64,000 nucleotides of DNA from Antedon mediterranea (GCF_964355755.1 NC_092671.1:39380304-39444303), one strand, 5' to 3'. Counted from the stretch's first letter, positions 11,454 through 26,716 are shown. The notes: a model not told the origin generated them from the letters alone. A program made the numbers and translations.

Positions 11454-14400
11454 ATGTCTAAATCTGTAAAGAAACAAGTTGATGAAGCACAGAATCATAA
11501 AAGCCCCGAGTTGGACCTGTCAGATAAAAGTATCAGCAAAATATTGGACATTCCATCTCTTTGTAAGTTACTATTTTTATTGATATTGCTAACTTGACTA
11601 TCTTATTCTTATGTTTGCTTGCCTGAAATGTGCCTGAAAATAGGCCTAGAATACTGTTTAGGCCTAGATAATCATTGATAATGATATAGTTCCACCAGGG
11701 AGTTACAAATTCCATGGACCACCCATTTACATAATAATAAATATTCACTTCTTGTCTATACTGTAAATTAAATATCAAAGTTAATTACTTTATTTTGTTT
11801 GTTTTTTCTTTCAGTTTCATTGGCAGACCATTTGACAAAACTAACTTTGAGTCACAACAAGATAGAAAGTAAGTTGGCAACAAAACAGACAAACATCCAA
11901 CAAGAAAGGTTAAAATCACAACACTTACTAAGGAATAATAGGCTAATCTACCAATGAATAAACAATCTATATCGCAAATAGCGTGCACAACGCATGGTGG
12001 GAACGATTTGGGAGCAAACGTCACATTGTTGTCGTGACAATTGCTCTCAAACCCTTCCCATCTTGTGAAATCAAGCTATTTGCGATAAACCATACTCTAC
12101 TACTATAACAAAATTTCCACAAACAAATAAAAATCATGAAAAAAAAGTTTAATTATTAATTATTTTGATCATATTAATAACTTATAATTAAATTTAATTA
12201 GGCAACTCATATAAATACAGTTTGTCCTTCCTGTCGTCCTTGTCGTGTTTGTATCGTCGTACATGTCCGTCCCTGTCTGTCAGTAGCGTACCTTCACTTT
12301 GCTTATTATTATTATTTTTAACTTTTTAATTCTTTCTGGTGGATCCAGGCTTAAAGCCCCTTGGGGTTTAAATGGTATTCTCCAGGCATAATGCAACTAT
12401 TTTTTACTTAATTTCCAACCACTTGTATCTTTTATATTTTGTATATGTTTGCATTATGTGAATAAATTTGAACTTGAACTTGAAGTGTGAAAATCAGCCA
12501 ATGAGAATTACTGTAAATGATGAAAACATACTGTAATTGTATTTTAGAATCCATAACATTTGTTATTCATACTGTAGTTAACATTTTCAACTTTTTTTTT
12601 AACAAGGCGTTCCTGCAGCAATCGTAGAACTTCACAAATTGGAAGTCTTAAACTTATTCAACAATCACATCGAAGAGTTACCAAGCAACTTCAGCTCGAT
12701 GCAAAATTTGAAAAGACTCAATCTAGGGTAAAGTTAAAGCCAATGCCCCAAAAAATAATTCTTCAAATTTATCTACTTCCTTCCAGGGCCGTAGCCAGCA
12801 TATCGTCTGAATTTCAATTTTCACCACCCACCCCAATTCCCCAGCAGAGATCGTCATATTTTATATTGATAATTAAGCATCTTGCCTCATCTGCTTTTAA
12901 CTCTCGCTACGGCCTTGCCTTCCTTCCATTGACTAATTCCAATGTACTACTACACATTTAACATAAAACATTTCCTTACATAATGGACTACTGCATTATT
13001 AATTTTTTTATTTTCAATGTTTTTTTCAGGATGAATCGATTGTATCAGCTCCCTCGTGGGTTTGGTGCTTTTCCAAAGCTAGAAGTTCTTGATTTAACGT
13101 ACAATAACCTGAGTGAAAACAGTTTAAGTAAAAACTTTTTTCTTTTAGGTGAGTGACTCAAATTCATTCTTTAAACATTGCATTTTTTGTTTTGAATAAG
13201 TATATTTGGGATTTGAATAGTTTGAGGAGCTAAAACCAGACCAATCAAATAAACCATATCTGTAATACGCCAGGGAAGAGCTCTTCTGTGGCGTTTTAAT
13301 ATTATTGTGTATGTTTGTGATTTGTGATTATATGTGCCAGAATTGCTTGATGATGAGTGCTTTATAAACTTGATAAAATGTCATGTGTTATTCAAAATTG
13401 GTTACCTTTTTACAGGTACGTTACGCTCTTTATACATCAGTGATAATGATTTTGAGGTTATTCCAGAAGGGATTGGCAAGCTGACAAATTTAAAACAGGT
13501 AAAAATTCTTGAAATAATATAATGTAATTATTTTTACAAATTAATTTTTATATGTATATGCAATTAACTCGCCAATTACAGGACAGATAAACTATTTAAT
13601 AATTTATCATGCTTATAAACTAAATCTCATTTGAGACTTAGGGAGTGGAGTTGAAAGAGTTGTACAACCCTGGCACTAGGTCAGGATTGAACCCCGGACC
13701 TTGGCATTGGAAGCCAACACTACTATTTTCATCAATCTGTAATTAGTTTGTTATTTATTTTATTATTTTAGATTAATTACTAATATATATATATATATAT
13801 ATACTGATTATTGTATTAAATAGTTTGCAATCCGAGACAATGATCTTATATCCCTCCCGGAAGAAATTGGTGAACTATCATATTTACGAGAACTTCACAT
13901 TCAAGGAAACAGACTAACAGTTTTACCGCCAGAGCTTGGTAAGAATGTTATTTGTTTATTTGAGAATTTATATTTATTAACATGAATATTTCTTATATGA
14001 CCCTCTCCTCCACATGATTACTTCATTGTATTTATTATCCTGTATGTTATTGTGTATTGTGGAAATAAATTAAATTGAAATACACACAAGAAATAAAGTC
14101 ACCAGAAATAGTGCCTAGAGTCCTCATTCACATAATGCTATCCCTCATATAGTACAACCATATTATGGGAACATCCCTAAAGCTCTGTCTACACTATCAA
14201 ACTGTGATGTGTCCATATATGGACATGATGATGTCATATCACTACCATATTTGGCCATATCACTACCATATTTGGCCATATCACTACCATATTTGGCCAT
14301 ATCTCTACCATATTTGGGCACATCAAACCAGTTTGATAGTGTAGATAGAGCATTACAAAGTGTCCTTTTGTCCTCTTGTTCTACGTATTCTTATTTCGTA

Positions 14401-15011
14401 ATATTATATATTATTTATGATATTTTTATCCTATAGGTAAACTTGACCTGTACACTGGTCAGACTGTATTCAGGGCAGACAACAACCCATGGGTGCCTCC
14501 AATTAACGATCAATTTCAAGTTGGAATATCACATGTTTTTGAATACATCAGATCAGACACCTACAAATAGTAAGTTAAAAAATTATTTTATACTTATTGT
14601 ACTACAGTATGAAATGGATAGATGACCAACATTAAAACCTATATAATAATATAATATAATGTGACATTTATATAGCGCTATTTTGTAAAGATCAGAGCGT
14701 TTTAAATGTTTGTTGATTATTAAAATTATTCTAGACTCTGAACAGGAAAAAGGCTAACCAAAGACAATCCGTTAATGACAATAAAAAAAATAAAACAACA
14801 AAGATGATTCAAATACCACCGCACTGTTCCCCTGCAATTTAAGGCGCAAGGCCCGCCTGGACAGTATTCACCTACTTCGTACCATTACAATTATATTGTT
14901 GTATCTTACAGTTTATATGGCAGGCACATGCAGGCAGGTGCCGCTCCACCTCCAAAGAAGGCTAACAAAAGTAAAAAGATCTGCAAAAGAGAAATTTGGG
15001 CCAAGAAGTGA
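11454..15011 (+). CDS. RSU1: Ras suppressor protein 1 (LRR protein, 277 aa, 8 coding exons)
   Basis: Exons 11454-11562, 11815-11868, 12607-12727, 13030-13148, 13416-13498, 13824-13938, 14437-14569 and 14912-15011. [11 protein letters not shown]..., [49 protein letters not shown] and [38 protein letters not shown] match RSU1. Confidence 0.97.
13565..13722 (-). mobile_element. tRNA-derived SINE (second family); related pieces at ~5471-5593 (+) and ~58181-58250 (+)
   Basis: Minus strand has TTGGCTTCCAATGCCAAGGTCCGGGGTTCAATCCTGAC (B-box), matching the head at 58210-58248. The body ATAAGCATGATAAATTATT...TAGTTTATC..TCCTGTAATTGG is shared with 5531-5580. Confidence 0.6.
14181..14351. mobile_element. 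MITE family A (Harbinger-like), in an RSU1 intron
   Basis: TIR AGCTCTGTCTACACTATCAAAC / GTTTGATAGTGTAGATAGAGC with internal 21-bp repeats TCACTACCATATTTGGCCATA. About 20 copies occur in the window; those not listed separately include 5784-5941, 20788-20940, 24661-24800, 36836-36982, 37129-37240, 37584-37733, 37899-38113, 39337-39395, 42892-43011 and 59300-59444. Confidence 0.85.
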
Positions 15012-18000
15012 GAACACCATCTAAGGTAAGTGTTGATTTAAATTATTCTTGTTTCAATAATTGTTTTGTTTGATCATTCCTTTTAAAATTTGTTTCTGTT
15101 GATAGTTAATTAATAATAATAATAATAATAATGTTTTTGTTTCACTTTGCAAGTTTATACTAATTCAAGCTAAAGAAAACTTAGTTTACTGAAATGATTT
15201 TATTGCGTAATATAAAACAAATAATAAATTTAGGAAAATAAACCATGTTTTCTTTCTTACCTTCCCTGCTACCTGAACAATGCAAGATTTGACTTATACC
15301 ATTTATTTATTGGTTCAACTTTAAAATGAAGAAGCTATCTCACACAAAAAATATACAAAATAGTTACATTACATATATAAATCCAAAGGCAAATTACTAC
15401 TGAAAAATGTCAATGCTGTGGGTATCAGTGGCTGTATTTCAAATGGCGAATATACAAATAAAAAAAGCAGAAATGTAAAAAAAATTAAAATGATATTTAA
15501 GTAAAACAGCAAAAAACAGGGTTCCTTCCAAGGTTTTGGATATTAGTTAATCAGGTATATGAGATACGATACAAAAACTTCACAATTGCAATAATGCAAC
15601 AAATTCTACAGACATAAAGAATAATATTGCAAGGAATAAAGTTATAATAATGTGTGGAAATGTTTTTCAATGTTTCTGGTGCATGTGCATGTGTTTCCCT
15701 CTACATCAGCTGCAGGTTTAGTTATTAGAGTTACCCTCTTAAAGTTGAAATGAATGTGCCTTAATTATCCATCACGTTTTATTTTTCAATAATTTTGGTT
15801 AATATCTCGGTTTTTATTCACTTTTTCCGACAGACATTGTGTTTGTGTAAGACTGTGTGAGTCGGTATTGTGGAATAGCACCATTCTGTTTCTGCTATTC
15901 AAGGGCATGCACTGATTGGGCATGGGGAAATGGAACTAGTAAAGTTATTTAGAAAAGCTAAACGAATAACACATCGTAAGCACGTTTTTACTGAATGATA
16001 GAGGGCAGAATTGAAGGCTTCTGTTTATGAGATGTTCGTATATGCTTTGCAGATCTTATGGTCGCTTGTTTTGGAAGCTGTTTTGCCAGATGTGGTACTC
16101 TTCTGTACCCCATGTATCCCCTTCCCACACCATGTCCTGGATTCTTTTATACTGTACATTGTCGCCATAGTACTACTCTAGTACTATGTTAAATCACATC
16201 CAACTGCCATCTAATAGCCTACAAACAGTAATGAGGTTTATCACAATGAAATAAAGAATATTCCATTGTGTTTTAGTATTGTGCAAATAGATAATAAATT
16301 ATTATATTGTTTCATAAGATACTGTGCTGTGTGGAGGTTGACTGGGTCATTTTCTGAACTCAGCCTTGATTCCTCCCATCTTGATTTCAACCAACCAGTA
16401 AAAAGCTGGTTGTTCTTTTAGCATTATTGTCCTTGCATGTTCTCACCCATTCTTAGATCACTAGCTGATTTATCTAAGTGATATGCTTTTTTTCTTACTG
16501 CATATCATAGTTTATGACAATTAGTTATTGAATCATTACTAGTTTTTAAAATTATACTATATAGCGCCCTCTTGTGGTAATATTAATCTTGCCAAAACAT
16601 TCTATTGGTATCATATTGCAATATTTGAGGCATGCCCCAAATGTCGTCTATTGAAAATACTTGCATGGGTACGCCCTTAAAGTATTACTTCCATCAAATG
16701 TCTTAACCCTGTAAAAATGTTTATCATAAGAAGTGTGTAGGAACCGCGATGTCAAATCTAAAACATGTCCATTAAAGTACTCGCAATTCAAAATTATGAA
16801 TACTTGGACCATGGAGAAATAAGTTAACTTATTTCTCCATTCTGGACATAACATGTCTGTGTTCTTGCTATTTAAGGCATTGTATAAATTCTACGGAAAA
16901 AAATGTGACAAAAATATTAAACATAATACTGTAATAACATAATAGTATATGTTAAGAAAAAATTTACCTTGGTGCGTAAAGTCTTAATTTATAATAAGCT
17001 TTTTGCTTTTTAATGTTGTTTATACAAAACTGATTGTGCTTTCTGAAGGAGTTGTGCTGAGTGTATTCCCTGCTCACACACAAAAACAAGGCTGACAATA
17101 ATCCGTAATAGTTTTCTCTAAGACCTACTAAGCCCGCTTATTTGAATTAATTATTTACACAAATAATTAGAATGAATTTGATAACAATTTTAAAACGACC
17201 TTCTGGTGCTAATCAAATATTTGTTCTTGTTTGTAAAAAAGAAATAGCTTTGATACATTTATATATAATAACTTTTATAAGTAGATTTAACTAATGTGAT
17301 TAGAATGTGTTTTTAATTTATCAATTTAAACCAATATAAAATAATGTAGCATAATTGTGTAAAAATAAATTAACTTTTTAATAGTAAAACATGATTTTAC
17401 AGATTATTATTGTTATTATATTTATTCTTATTCTTTATTGCCAAAAAAACATTAAAAAAACAACCAACTACAAAGTAAGTGTCATGAAACACAAAGGGAA
17501 CTAAATCCCTATGACAAGAGCCTGTGAATCCTCTTACCAAGTAGCACATAGAGATAATATATAGTATCAATAAAATATATCAGAAAATATCAACGAAAAA
17601 ATGTTAAAATCACTCATAAATACACAAAAACTAGCAGCACCACTTGCAACAATGCATAAACACTTTATTTTCCAGAACAAGTTAAATGCATTTACATTTT
17701 CCAGTTACTATTTTACCCATCCACTTACTGTCTAGTAGCTGCCAGCCAATGGGTTTTTGGTTGAATTTAACCATTTATTTTGTCATTTTATAAGCGAAAA
17801 CATCATTTGATTAACTTTATTAAAACTACAAAATAACCTATTCAAATTCTGATTTAATTAATTTTTTTTAAATAATTTTTCATGTTTGTGGGGTTCTTTA
17901 AGCGGACACCTCTATTAAGTGTTCCCTGTATAGGGTTTCTAATGTAGTCTCAATAAAAAAACCGCCAAAGTTTCTCCTAAATAACTACTTGCGTGAAAAT

Positions 18001-19249
18001 GTCTTTTTAGTATATCATAATCATATCATAAGAGTTAAATTTAATTTTTTTATTAACTCTTCCCTGATCATAAAATGATACCACATTTTTATAGCGCCCT
18101 TTCCATGAGTAATCATTCTCAAATGCGCTTTACATTTTCCCCCATAATGCAGCTAGTAATCAGCACAAAGTTGTGTCTTGATATAACCAGGTAACCAGGT
18201 TAAAATGTAAGTGAAGTGTCTAAGGATACAAGCAATGCGGCGAGAGTTGGATTTGAACCACGACCTTACGATCGGTAACCCAGCATCCAACACACTGCGT
18301 CACACGCCCTTACAATTATATTTACACATTAACTCATTACACATTTTGCAGTAGTTTCAATAATCATATTCCATAACAGCAGTGTCAACATTCCCATCTG
18401 TTCCTTAGATAACCAATATGTTTGAAAATGTTTCAAATATGGGATTGCTGGTTTCGATAACTCGCCCCTGGCCATTCGTAGTTAAACACCCAAAGATAAA
18501 AGAACAAAGAATTGAAACAATAATACAATTGTTGAACTTTGTGCCTATGTTTTTGTCAGACTAAATATTCATGTAATGGGTAATATATCAGTATGTCCAT
18601 TAGGTGTTTCTTCCAATGAGACTAATGAATTTCTGTTCGTCTGAGAGATTTGAAATGTTGTGCAGTACCAACATTTTTCGAGTCAGTTTGTCGGTCTGTC
18701 CCCGCTAACTGACGACGGTATGTTTCTTTGATGTGTGTTATATACACAGGTTGTTTTTGTTTTTAAATGAAATCTTAGATCTACATCCTGTCCATTTTAA
18801 TGTTGATTTATTTTTATCTATTTAAAACATATTTATACAGGATAAATATATCAGGTATAGATGTAGCACGTGTTTTACATAATGGTCCTGTTTATATAAA
18901 ATAAAAAAACAAACAAAAACACAAACAAACAAAAAGCCACAAAACAAAACTTGTTAAAACAGTAGGCCTACATTAACAAAACAAAGTCAAAAAAATATAT
19001 ATAGGCCTACATGAAAATACAACAAGGAATAAAAAAAATTTGTAATTGACCTAAGCACAAATTGTGACTTCAACAGAGACAATAAAGTAGTTTTAAAAGA
19101 CAATTTCTAAAATGAATCCCCAAATACAATCATTATCAATGTCAATGTTAAATCACACCGTCGTATGGTCAGCCATTTCAATGATTCTAACAGGGTTTAA
19201 TTAATTAATTAATTCATACATACATGTTTAAAAACAGTGCGAATTGACG

Positions 19250-19491
19250 TTTATTCAGAATGAATACAGTAGTAATGTTGCTATTATAAACGAAACTTGT
19301 GTCTGGACTGACAGGATAGTTGAGTTGTAATTGGCGCCAACTTTAATGTATTCATACATACATATCTTTTTAAAAACAATGCGGACTGACGTTTTGTGAT
19401 GTTTATTCAGAATATCAGTAGTAATGTTGCTATTATAAACGAAACTTGTGTCTGGACTGACAGGATAGTTGAGTTGTAATTGGTGCCAACT
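19250..19491. repeat. Direct duplication of ~88 bp, period ~152 bp
   Basis: TTTATTCAGAAT...AGTAGTAATGTTGCTATTATAAACGAAACTTGTGTCTGGACTGACAGGATAGTTGAGTTGTAATTGG occurs twice. Confidence 0.85.
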
Positions 19492-21879
19492 GCAAACTAA
19501 TCGTCCGTCTTTACGAGTGCGTAAAACCCTCAAGTGCAAAATAAACTTTTAAATTATTAGTAATTTAGTCATAAAAGAGTGTATAATTGGGGATTATACG
19601 CGGTAGATCAAAGCCACAGGTAAAACATGATTGCAATTTAACAGTAATTATGACACCTGTATTGTTACTTGTTAGAAAGCAAAGTTGTCCCTCGACCCCA
19701 CTTCAAACGTGTCAAGAATATGTGTAAATGTTGATGCACCTTATACAGGAGACACTAAAGTAATCGATAGCCGCACTTTTCTACTTTGTTTAACCAGTAC
19801 GCACTTTTTCAAGTTGTTTCAAGTGCTCTTTTAATGGTGTAATTATGCTCTGACGATCGCTATTCGGCTCTAAGTCAATTGACTTTCAGATTAAGAGGTT
19901 ACACCACCAATCTGTACTCATTCGTAATGTACCTATGAAAGTAAAAACAACGCTGGCCTTCTAACAATATGCTTCAATATTATAAAGTGTGAAGAAAATT
20001 ATGTTCAAATAAAAAATCACCTGAATAATAATTTCACAGACAAAAATGATAATTTAGAAACAAACGAAAATTCGTTCTTTCATTCGTGTTATAAATATTA
20101 AAACAAAAAAACATTTCAATACTGTCTATCATACACGCCAAAACAATGAAGTGATCGGATATTAATTAAATTTCGGTTCACGTGGGCGCCGTGAAACCTC
20201 AACTTATATTTTAAGCCTGATACAATCTTAAAAGGGCTACATACATTCGATAACATTATATTTATGTAACTCGTGACGGCGGAAAAAATTTGGACAGAAA
20301 ATCAGTTTAGGTTTGTTTAATCCTGTCACTGTCATGGGTTTCTTATGTTTATTTGTATTGTATTACAGGTATCATGTTTTAATTGACGAAATGAATGAAA
20401 TGTTAGCTAATATAGCCGATGTGGATAAATTACATGATAAACTGATAATTGTTTACACCCTCATTTTGGTGGACACAAGTTTCACAATAGACGTTAGGCC
20501 TTCTATAAACAACTCGTCAAAATACCGAATTATTACACAACATAGCCCACAGTATATTAGAATAGGTTTTTGTGTATACAAGATAAGAACATTAGTAGAT
20601 TTTATCCTAATAAATATTTGAATGGATTATCGTTATGCGTGTCCACAAACTAAGCTCTGGTAATTCATATTAAGTAAAGTAAAAGACGTCTTTTAATAAT
20701 TAAAACTTTCCACCACCTGAACAAACCATAAACCATTAAACGATTCCGTTTATTTTGGTTAATATTAAATGGTTATTTTTTGTTTGACTACACTATCAAA
20801 CTTTATATGACAAAAAAATGTAATGTGCCCAAATATGGACATGATGATGTCATATCACTACCATATTTGAGCATACCACTACCATATTTGAGCACATCAC
20901 ACTTTTTTTGTCAAACTAGTTTGATAGTGTAGACAGAGCTTTATAGATGCTAGTGAAGAAAAAGATGAGAGCGCGGTTACGTCATGTCGACGCGTCCATC
21001 AACGTCACTTATTATCCAATATTAAAGTTGTGAACAACGCGAAAGGAATACATCTCTTTCATTCCTTAGTCAATCTCAGTGATTACATCTAACAGAAATG
21101 AATTAATAATTTAAAAACAAATTCTGATACTAATCCAGTAATCGAACTAATTACCTCACTCACGGGTATCAATTGTCAGGACGCCCCTCACCTGCCCCAA
21201 CCCGTCCAGTCCAACCTACAGTAGCCCATTAGCCTATGAGTAACTTATATTCGTTACATGTAACCGAAACTTTACCTCAGCTTATGCAAATCTGCTGTCG
21301 TTTCAATTAATTCGTGAGTAAATGAAAAGAAATTGTCGAAAACAATACAGTTTTTCGTCGTCATATGCTGTGTTGTACGATCGGGGTTAAGGCTGCTCTT
21401 TTGTTCCTAACTATTGAATTACCTCAGTTTTTCTTTAGTTCGCAATCTGTCAATTCGTGTAGGCCGTGTAGTAATTCATTGGGTAGATTTCATTTTGTTA
21501 TCGACACCATTGCCCGATGGACGGAAACAATAACTAATTTCTTGAGAACGCTGGAATCAAATTTCGTTAACAAAACTCTTGCTGATAGTTTTAATGTGAT
21601 TAGTTTAATGATGCGGGGTAATTGTTGCCGTATCACTTAGATCAATTTCACAAATATTTCAATAAAGAGAAATGCATTTTAGAAATTATTTCTTTAACAT
21701 TTTCCCTAAAGATTATTAATAATAGATCGTTTTTCTATGTTCGTTTCATCGTTTATTTACCAAGTTGGTTAAATCGATTTTCTGTAGGATGGTATGATAG
21801 GAGACTTCTGTATCGATGTACTTGATATCTGTCCAGACTACAGAAATAGTAAATATGACAAACCCCGATTCATAACTAA

Positions 21880-22068
21880 AGCTCTGTCTATACTATCAAA
21901 CTTTATATGACAACAATGTGATGTCCCCATATATGGACATGATGATGTCATATCACTACCATATGTGGGCATACCAATACCATATTTGGGCACATCACAC
22001 GCACATTAAAAAAATAAATGTACATCACACATTTTTGCCACATAAAGTTTGATAGTGTAGACATAGCT
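21880..22068. mobile_element. MITE family A
   Basis: Same TIRs and internal 21-bp units, flanked by TAA/TTA and abutting a family-B MITE. Confidence 0.85.
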
Positions 22069-22070
22069 TT

Positions 22071-22229
22071 AAGTGTGGTTCTCACTAGGAACGCAATGCA
22101 AGGACGTAGATGCAACGGAAGCAAATTGACAAATGACAAGCGATAGTTGAAATAATATATCGCTTGTGATTCGTCAAATCACTAACGTTGCGCTTGCGTT
22201 GTTGCGTTGCTTTCTAGTGGGAACTAAGC
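22071..22229. mobile_element. MITE family B (palindromic, Harbinger-like)
   Basis: GTGGTTCTCACTAG...ACGCAATGCAAGGACGT...TGACAAGCGA...TCGCTTGTGA...CTAGTGGGAACTAAGC. Confidence 0.75.
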
Positions 22230-23675
22230 GTTTTATCGGGATTTATTTTCGTTGAGCTTCGCTGCTATCGTTACTCTCTGACTAGACAAGCCACGCCCGA
22301 ATACACCACAGGGTCAAACAATACCCCCGATTCTTTCTCCAGATTTCGTTGTAACTTTTTGGGTCACAAACACTCATTATTGTTTTTGTTTCACAATATG
22401 CTTTTATTATTGCGATTTGCTGCTAATAACATAAGTCAACACATCTAATAATTTCAGATATTATGTTTTCAAAATCAGCATCCGGTCAATTGCACCATGA
22501 CGAAGGAGGAGCGATTAACAAGAAATATATAAGATTTAAATTGAGGTTATTTCGACTTGATTCAAAAGTAAATAGAAACACTTGAACGTTAACAACTTTG
22601 AAAGGAAACTCTACTTGTATTAATCGATTCCAAATAAACTCGAGTTTTCTTTCCACTCGTGTCGGGCTGTATAATGTAACGTTTGGCGCGCGCGTACAAT
22701 AAACGATATTCGTCTAAGAGCCACTTAGCTTATCAATTATTACCATTTACGGCCAATTTTTATATTGCGTAGACTGAAATAGAACAGATTTTGTTAGGGT
22801 CTTTAGTGACTACAAACCATTTGTTCTAATTGAGAATATGAGTAACGATTGAGAAGACACTTTACATTTTATTTATCAATATCTCCACTAATATACTTCT
22901 TATGAAAAATGAATTACTAATGTAAACAAAAGGCACTGGAAAAGACCGAGCAAAATACACTAGAATGTGTTTGTAATTTAGCGCAATTGAATTCTATATG
23001 AAGTAAAATCGTCATTAGCGTTTGACTCGAAATATCGCAGTTAATTAGTTATTTCATTAATTGAATTTCGTATGGCAAGTACACATTGTTCATTTAGCGT
23101 TGATAATAAAACAATAACTTATAGGTACCGATATAATAGGCCTAAGTGTAATTGTTGTTTCATTTGACATGTGAGAAACCGACAATTCAGAAGATTCTAT
23201 AAGGTTGCAAGAATCCTGATCACAAGACAAAAGACTGGCAATATTTCAATCATATATATTTTTCTTTTTTTTTTCTTCAAAATAAACATAGATAGGCATA
23301 TATACAGTAGTAAATAAAACAAAAATAAAGATGTGACTTTAATAAGCTTATTGTATAGTTTAATAAAGTTAATCTTTACCGTAACAAAAAGAATGTTTTC
23401 GCTTTATAAAATGACAAAATCAATGGTTAAATTCAACTTAAAATCCATTGGATGGCAGCCAATTTGACTATATTATGTTCGCTTTAAATTACATTTTTTT
23501 CAGGTAAATACATTTTTTCGATCTAATTTCTGGTCAAAGTGGATAACTATTATGTGACATTAAAATAACATATTAAAAAAACCATTTTTAATAATTATTT
23601 TTTCAGGAGGACAATACATCTTTAATGTTTCATTTGTTATTATGCATTTATACAGTCTTCTCTCGATCTTTCAAT

Positions 23676-23917
23676 TATAATAATTTAGCGCAGTATGTTT
23701 CATTGCATACATATTATAATAATTTAGCGCAGTATGTTTCATTGCATACGTATTATAATAATTTAGCGCAGTATGTTTCATTGCATACGTATTATAATAA
23801 TTTAGCGCAGTATGTTTCATTGCATACGTATTATAATAATTTAGCGCAGTATGTTTCATTGCATACGTATTATAATAATTTAGGGCGCAGTATGTTTCAT
23901 TGCATACGTATTATTAT
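23676..23917. repeat. Minisatellite, 39-bp unit x ~6
   Basis: Unit TATTATAATAATTTAGCGCAGTATGTTTCATTGCATACG, near-perfect copies. It explains the 13-aa-periodic ORFs. Confidence 0.95.
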
Positions 23918-24407
23918 GTAAAGGAATTAATCAGTTTAAACAACTTGTGAACTTGTTCTATTTATCCAAGTGTTTGAATTTATGGAGTAGTAATCATGTT
24001 TAATCACCAGATTTTGTTGGCATTATTATCTCGACTAGTTAATTTAAACCAATTTGTAGATAACAAAATATAACATGCAGTTGGTGAAATGAAGATAGTT
24101 TAAACGAACGCGGAGAAGCTTTGAGAATATTTTATCGTATCTCACCTGGTGGTTAATCTAATTGTTAAGCGACTTAATTAAAGTCGATAAGAATGGCTTA
24201 AACGTGACGAATTACTCATTCGTATCAGGTAAATCTACATCCACTATACACAGCCTTATCTATGTTATCTCAAATAGTGCACTGTTAGTACTAATACACA
24301 CACAAGATATTTTCGAATTTGAAATAATAACATATATTATCACTTCGTAATTCGTGTTAATTGTTTAATGTCAAATTCTCTTAAATTAGTATTTTGTTTT
24401 TCTTCTT

Positions 24408-24602
24408 TATGTTGCGATATAGTGCGGTATGTTGCGATACAGTGCGATATAGTGTGATACATTGTGATATGTTGCGATATAGTGCGATATGTTGCGATAT
24501 AGTGCGTTATGTTGCGATATAGTGCGATATGTTGCGATACATTGTGATATGTTGCGATATAGTGCGATATGTTGTTGCGATATGTTGTTGCGATATAGTG
24601 CG
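24408..24602. repeat. 10-bp-unit satellite (TGCGATATAG/TGCGATATGT)
   Basis: Alternating decamers visible directly. Confidence 0.9.
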
Positions 24603-25619
24603 GCTCTAATCCAATAATTATTTGTTGTTATATAATTCACCAGCAATTAGTATTTTATTGAGCTCTGTCTACACTATCAAACTAGTTTGACAAAAACACG
24701 TGATGTACCCAAATATGGTAGTGATATGCTCAAATGGTAGTGATGATCATCGTGTCCATATGGGCACATAATAATTGATATACCTAGTGTCGACAGAGCT
24801 TTATTATTATTATTTTTACAGTTATAATGGTATATTGCTAATGTAATGTTTAAAAACATAAACAGTCCATAGCTATACAAAGCAGCAATAATAAATATAA
24901 ATTTAAAAGAAAGCTAAAGTAGGCCTCAAAGACTCATTCAATTTCAAAAGACCTTTTACTTTTTTTAAATATTTTGTGGTTCACCACCACCTTTATTAAT
25001 GCAATGTTTCAATAGGCCTATTACTTTGTTATTACTATTTGTCATCATTAGACCTATTACTATTTCCCTCATAATTTTGATAACTAAATATAAATGACTT
25101 CGGTAAAAGGCAACTGAAATAATCAAAGATTTCTAAACAGCGCCACTTGCCTCAGCATAAGATGACAATATCAGCAACTTAGTTGATTGCAATTAAACGT
25201 AAAGTTCATCGTCATTTACTTATAATCTTGAAAAGAGAGCAGTAATCATCTAGGTTTCAAATGCTCACGTGATGATGAAACCAATTAACTGATAACAAGT
25301 CCAAGTGGGGTTTTTTTTCTGGTTGTAAATTGGTAAAGATGTTTCATTTAATCAACAACGTCTAAATTAATTTCAAACGAGATAAATTTGTAACAGAGAA
25401 AAATTGCTCTTTGTCAATTAATATGGAATTCCATTGATGTTGGTATTTCGACACTTAACGTTATAAATATGGCAATGATGATTTCATATTTCAACATTTA
25501 GTAATAAAAATGTCATGTTCATTCATCCGATACCCGTACTGTAATTTGTATGATTTATTTCTTTTTTATTTTTAAATGCGCCTTGAGCACTCTGGAGTGG
25601 TATGTGCGCTATAAAAATC

Positions 25620-25654
<35 letters not shown>

Positions 25655-26716
25655 GTATCTTGTCTAGCGATTATAAAGAAACATACTGTATCGTGTCTTA
25701 GACACCAAACCGTCCTCACATGGGATGCTAATGGAGATATAAATAAGTTAACTTAACTCTCTTACTTATTTCTCCATGGGATACTGTATGGCGTCTGCTG
25801 ACACATTAGAGTGCCTCTGTTTAGTGTTGCAAGACATGACACTGCGTCAGTCGGCTGTTATTAAATAACGTATCGAAATAAGTCACTTTTATATTTATAC
25901 CCATGTTAAACTAATAATATTCTTTAGTGACCCCATGATGAGACAATAAGTTTTTTTCTTACCTTAGCAACACGAATAAGAAAATCTTCATAACAAATTG
26001 TATTTTAGTTAAATTTATTTATTATGTTGGATTGTTTCGATTAATTCAAATTATTTTGCAGTGTCCTATCTGGACGATACCATTAATGCCACCACGCATA
26101 AAGAAACAAGAAAAACATATTGTTGATAGATTGAGTGAAATATCGTACGTGTCAAATTCCTAACGAAATAATTTAAGGAAATAATTGTAACACATTTTAT
26201 TAGACACTACCTTGGTAAGGCGATGGTATAGTGTGGGGATAATATCCCTAGCCACGGCTAACCCGGCTCGTTCCTTGTTAAACCTAACGCCATATGTGTT
26301 ATGTAAACTCATAGAAATAGGTTGATTGGGCGTGCATTGGGTTGAAAGCGCGAACGACGCGCTATTGAATGGGGTTAGAGACCCGGCTAAATTCACTCGG
26401 TAAGAGGCAGACGACATATAATTTGATTCAGATAATTCATTATAACCACTTATCGAAATGTACGTTGTCACCAGCCGGACTCTTTGAAGTTAATACCACT
26501 AATCAAATAAGACTTAGTCGTCTCGTCACTCTAAGTATCAACTGTCACTTTACATGGCATTACATTGGGATAGAGATGGATAGAACGGGTTAAAACTGTA
26601 AATGATACATTCAATATAGGCCTATGATGCGAATATTAACGAAGATAATAATATTATCTTAGAAAATAGAAATATGGTTTATTCTGTAAACCAATAGGCC
26701 TAATGGTTAATTTTAA

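Noticed and set aside
15380-15700. Possible LINE 3' zinc-finger remnant (EKCQCCG) in the RSU1 3' UTR intron
   Set aside because: Too short and degenerate to call without a search.
23676-23917. Regularly spaced repeats as a possible CRISPR array (also 1101-1462 and 38526-39152)
   Set aside because: Units are contiguous with no unique spacers, there are no cas genes, and the context is eukaryotic.
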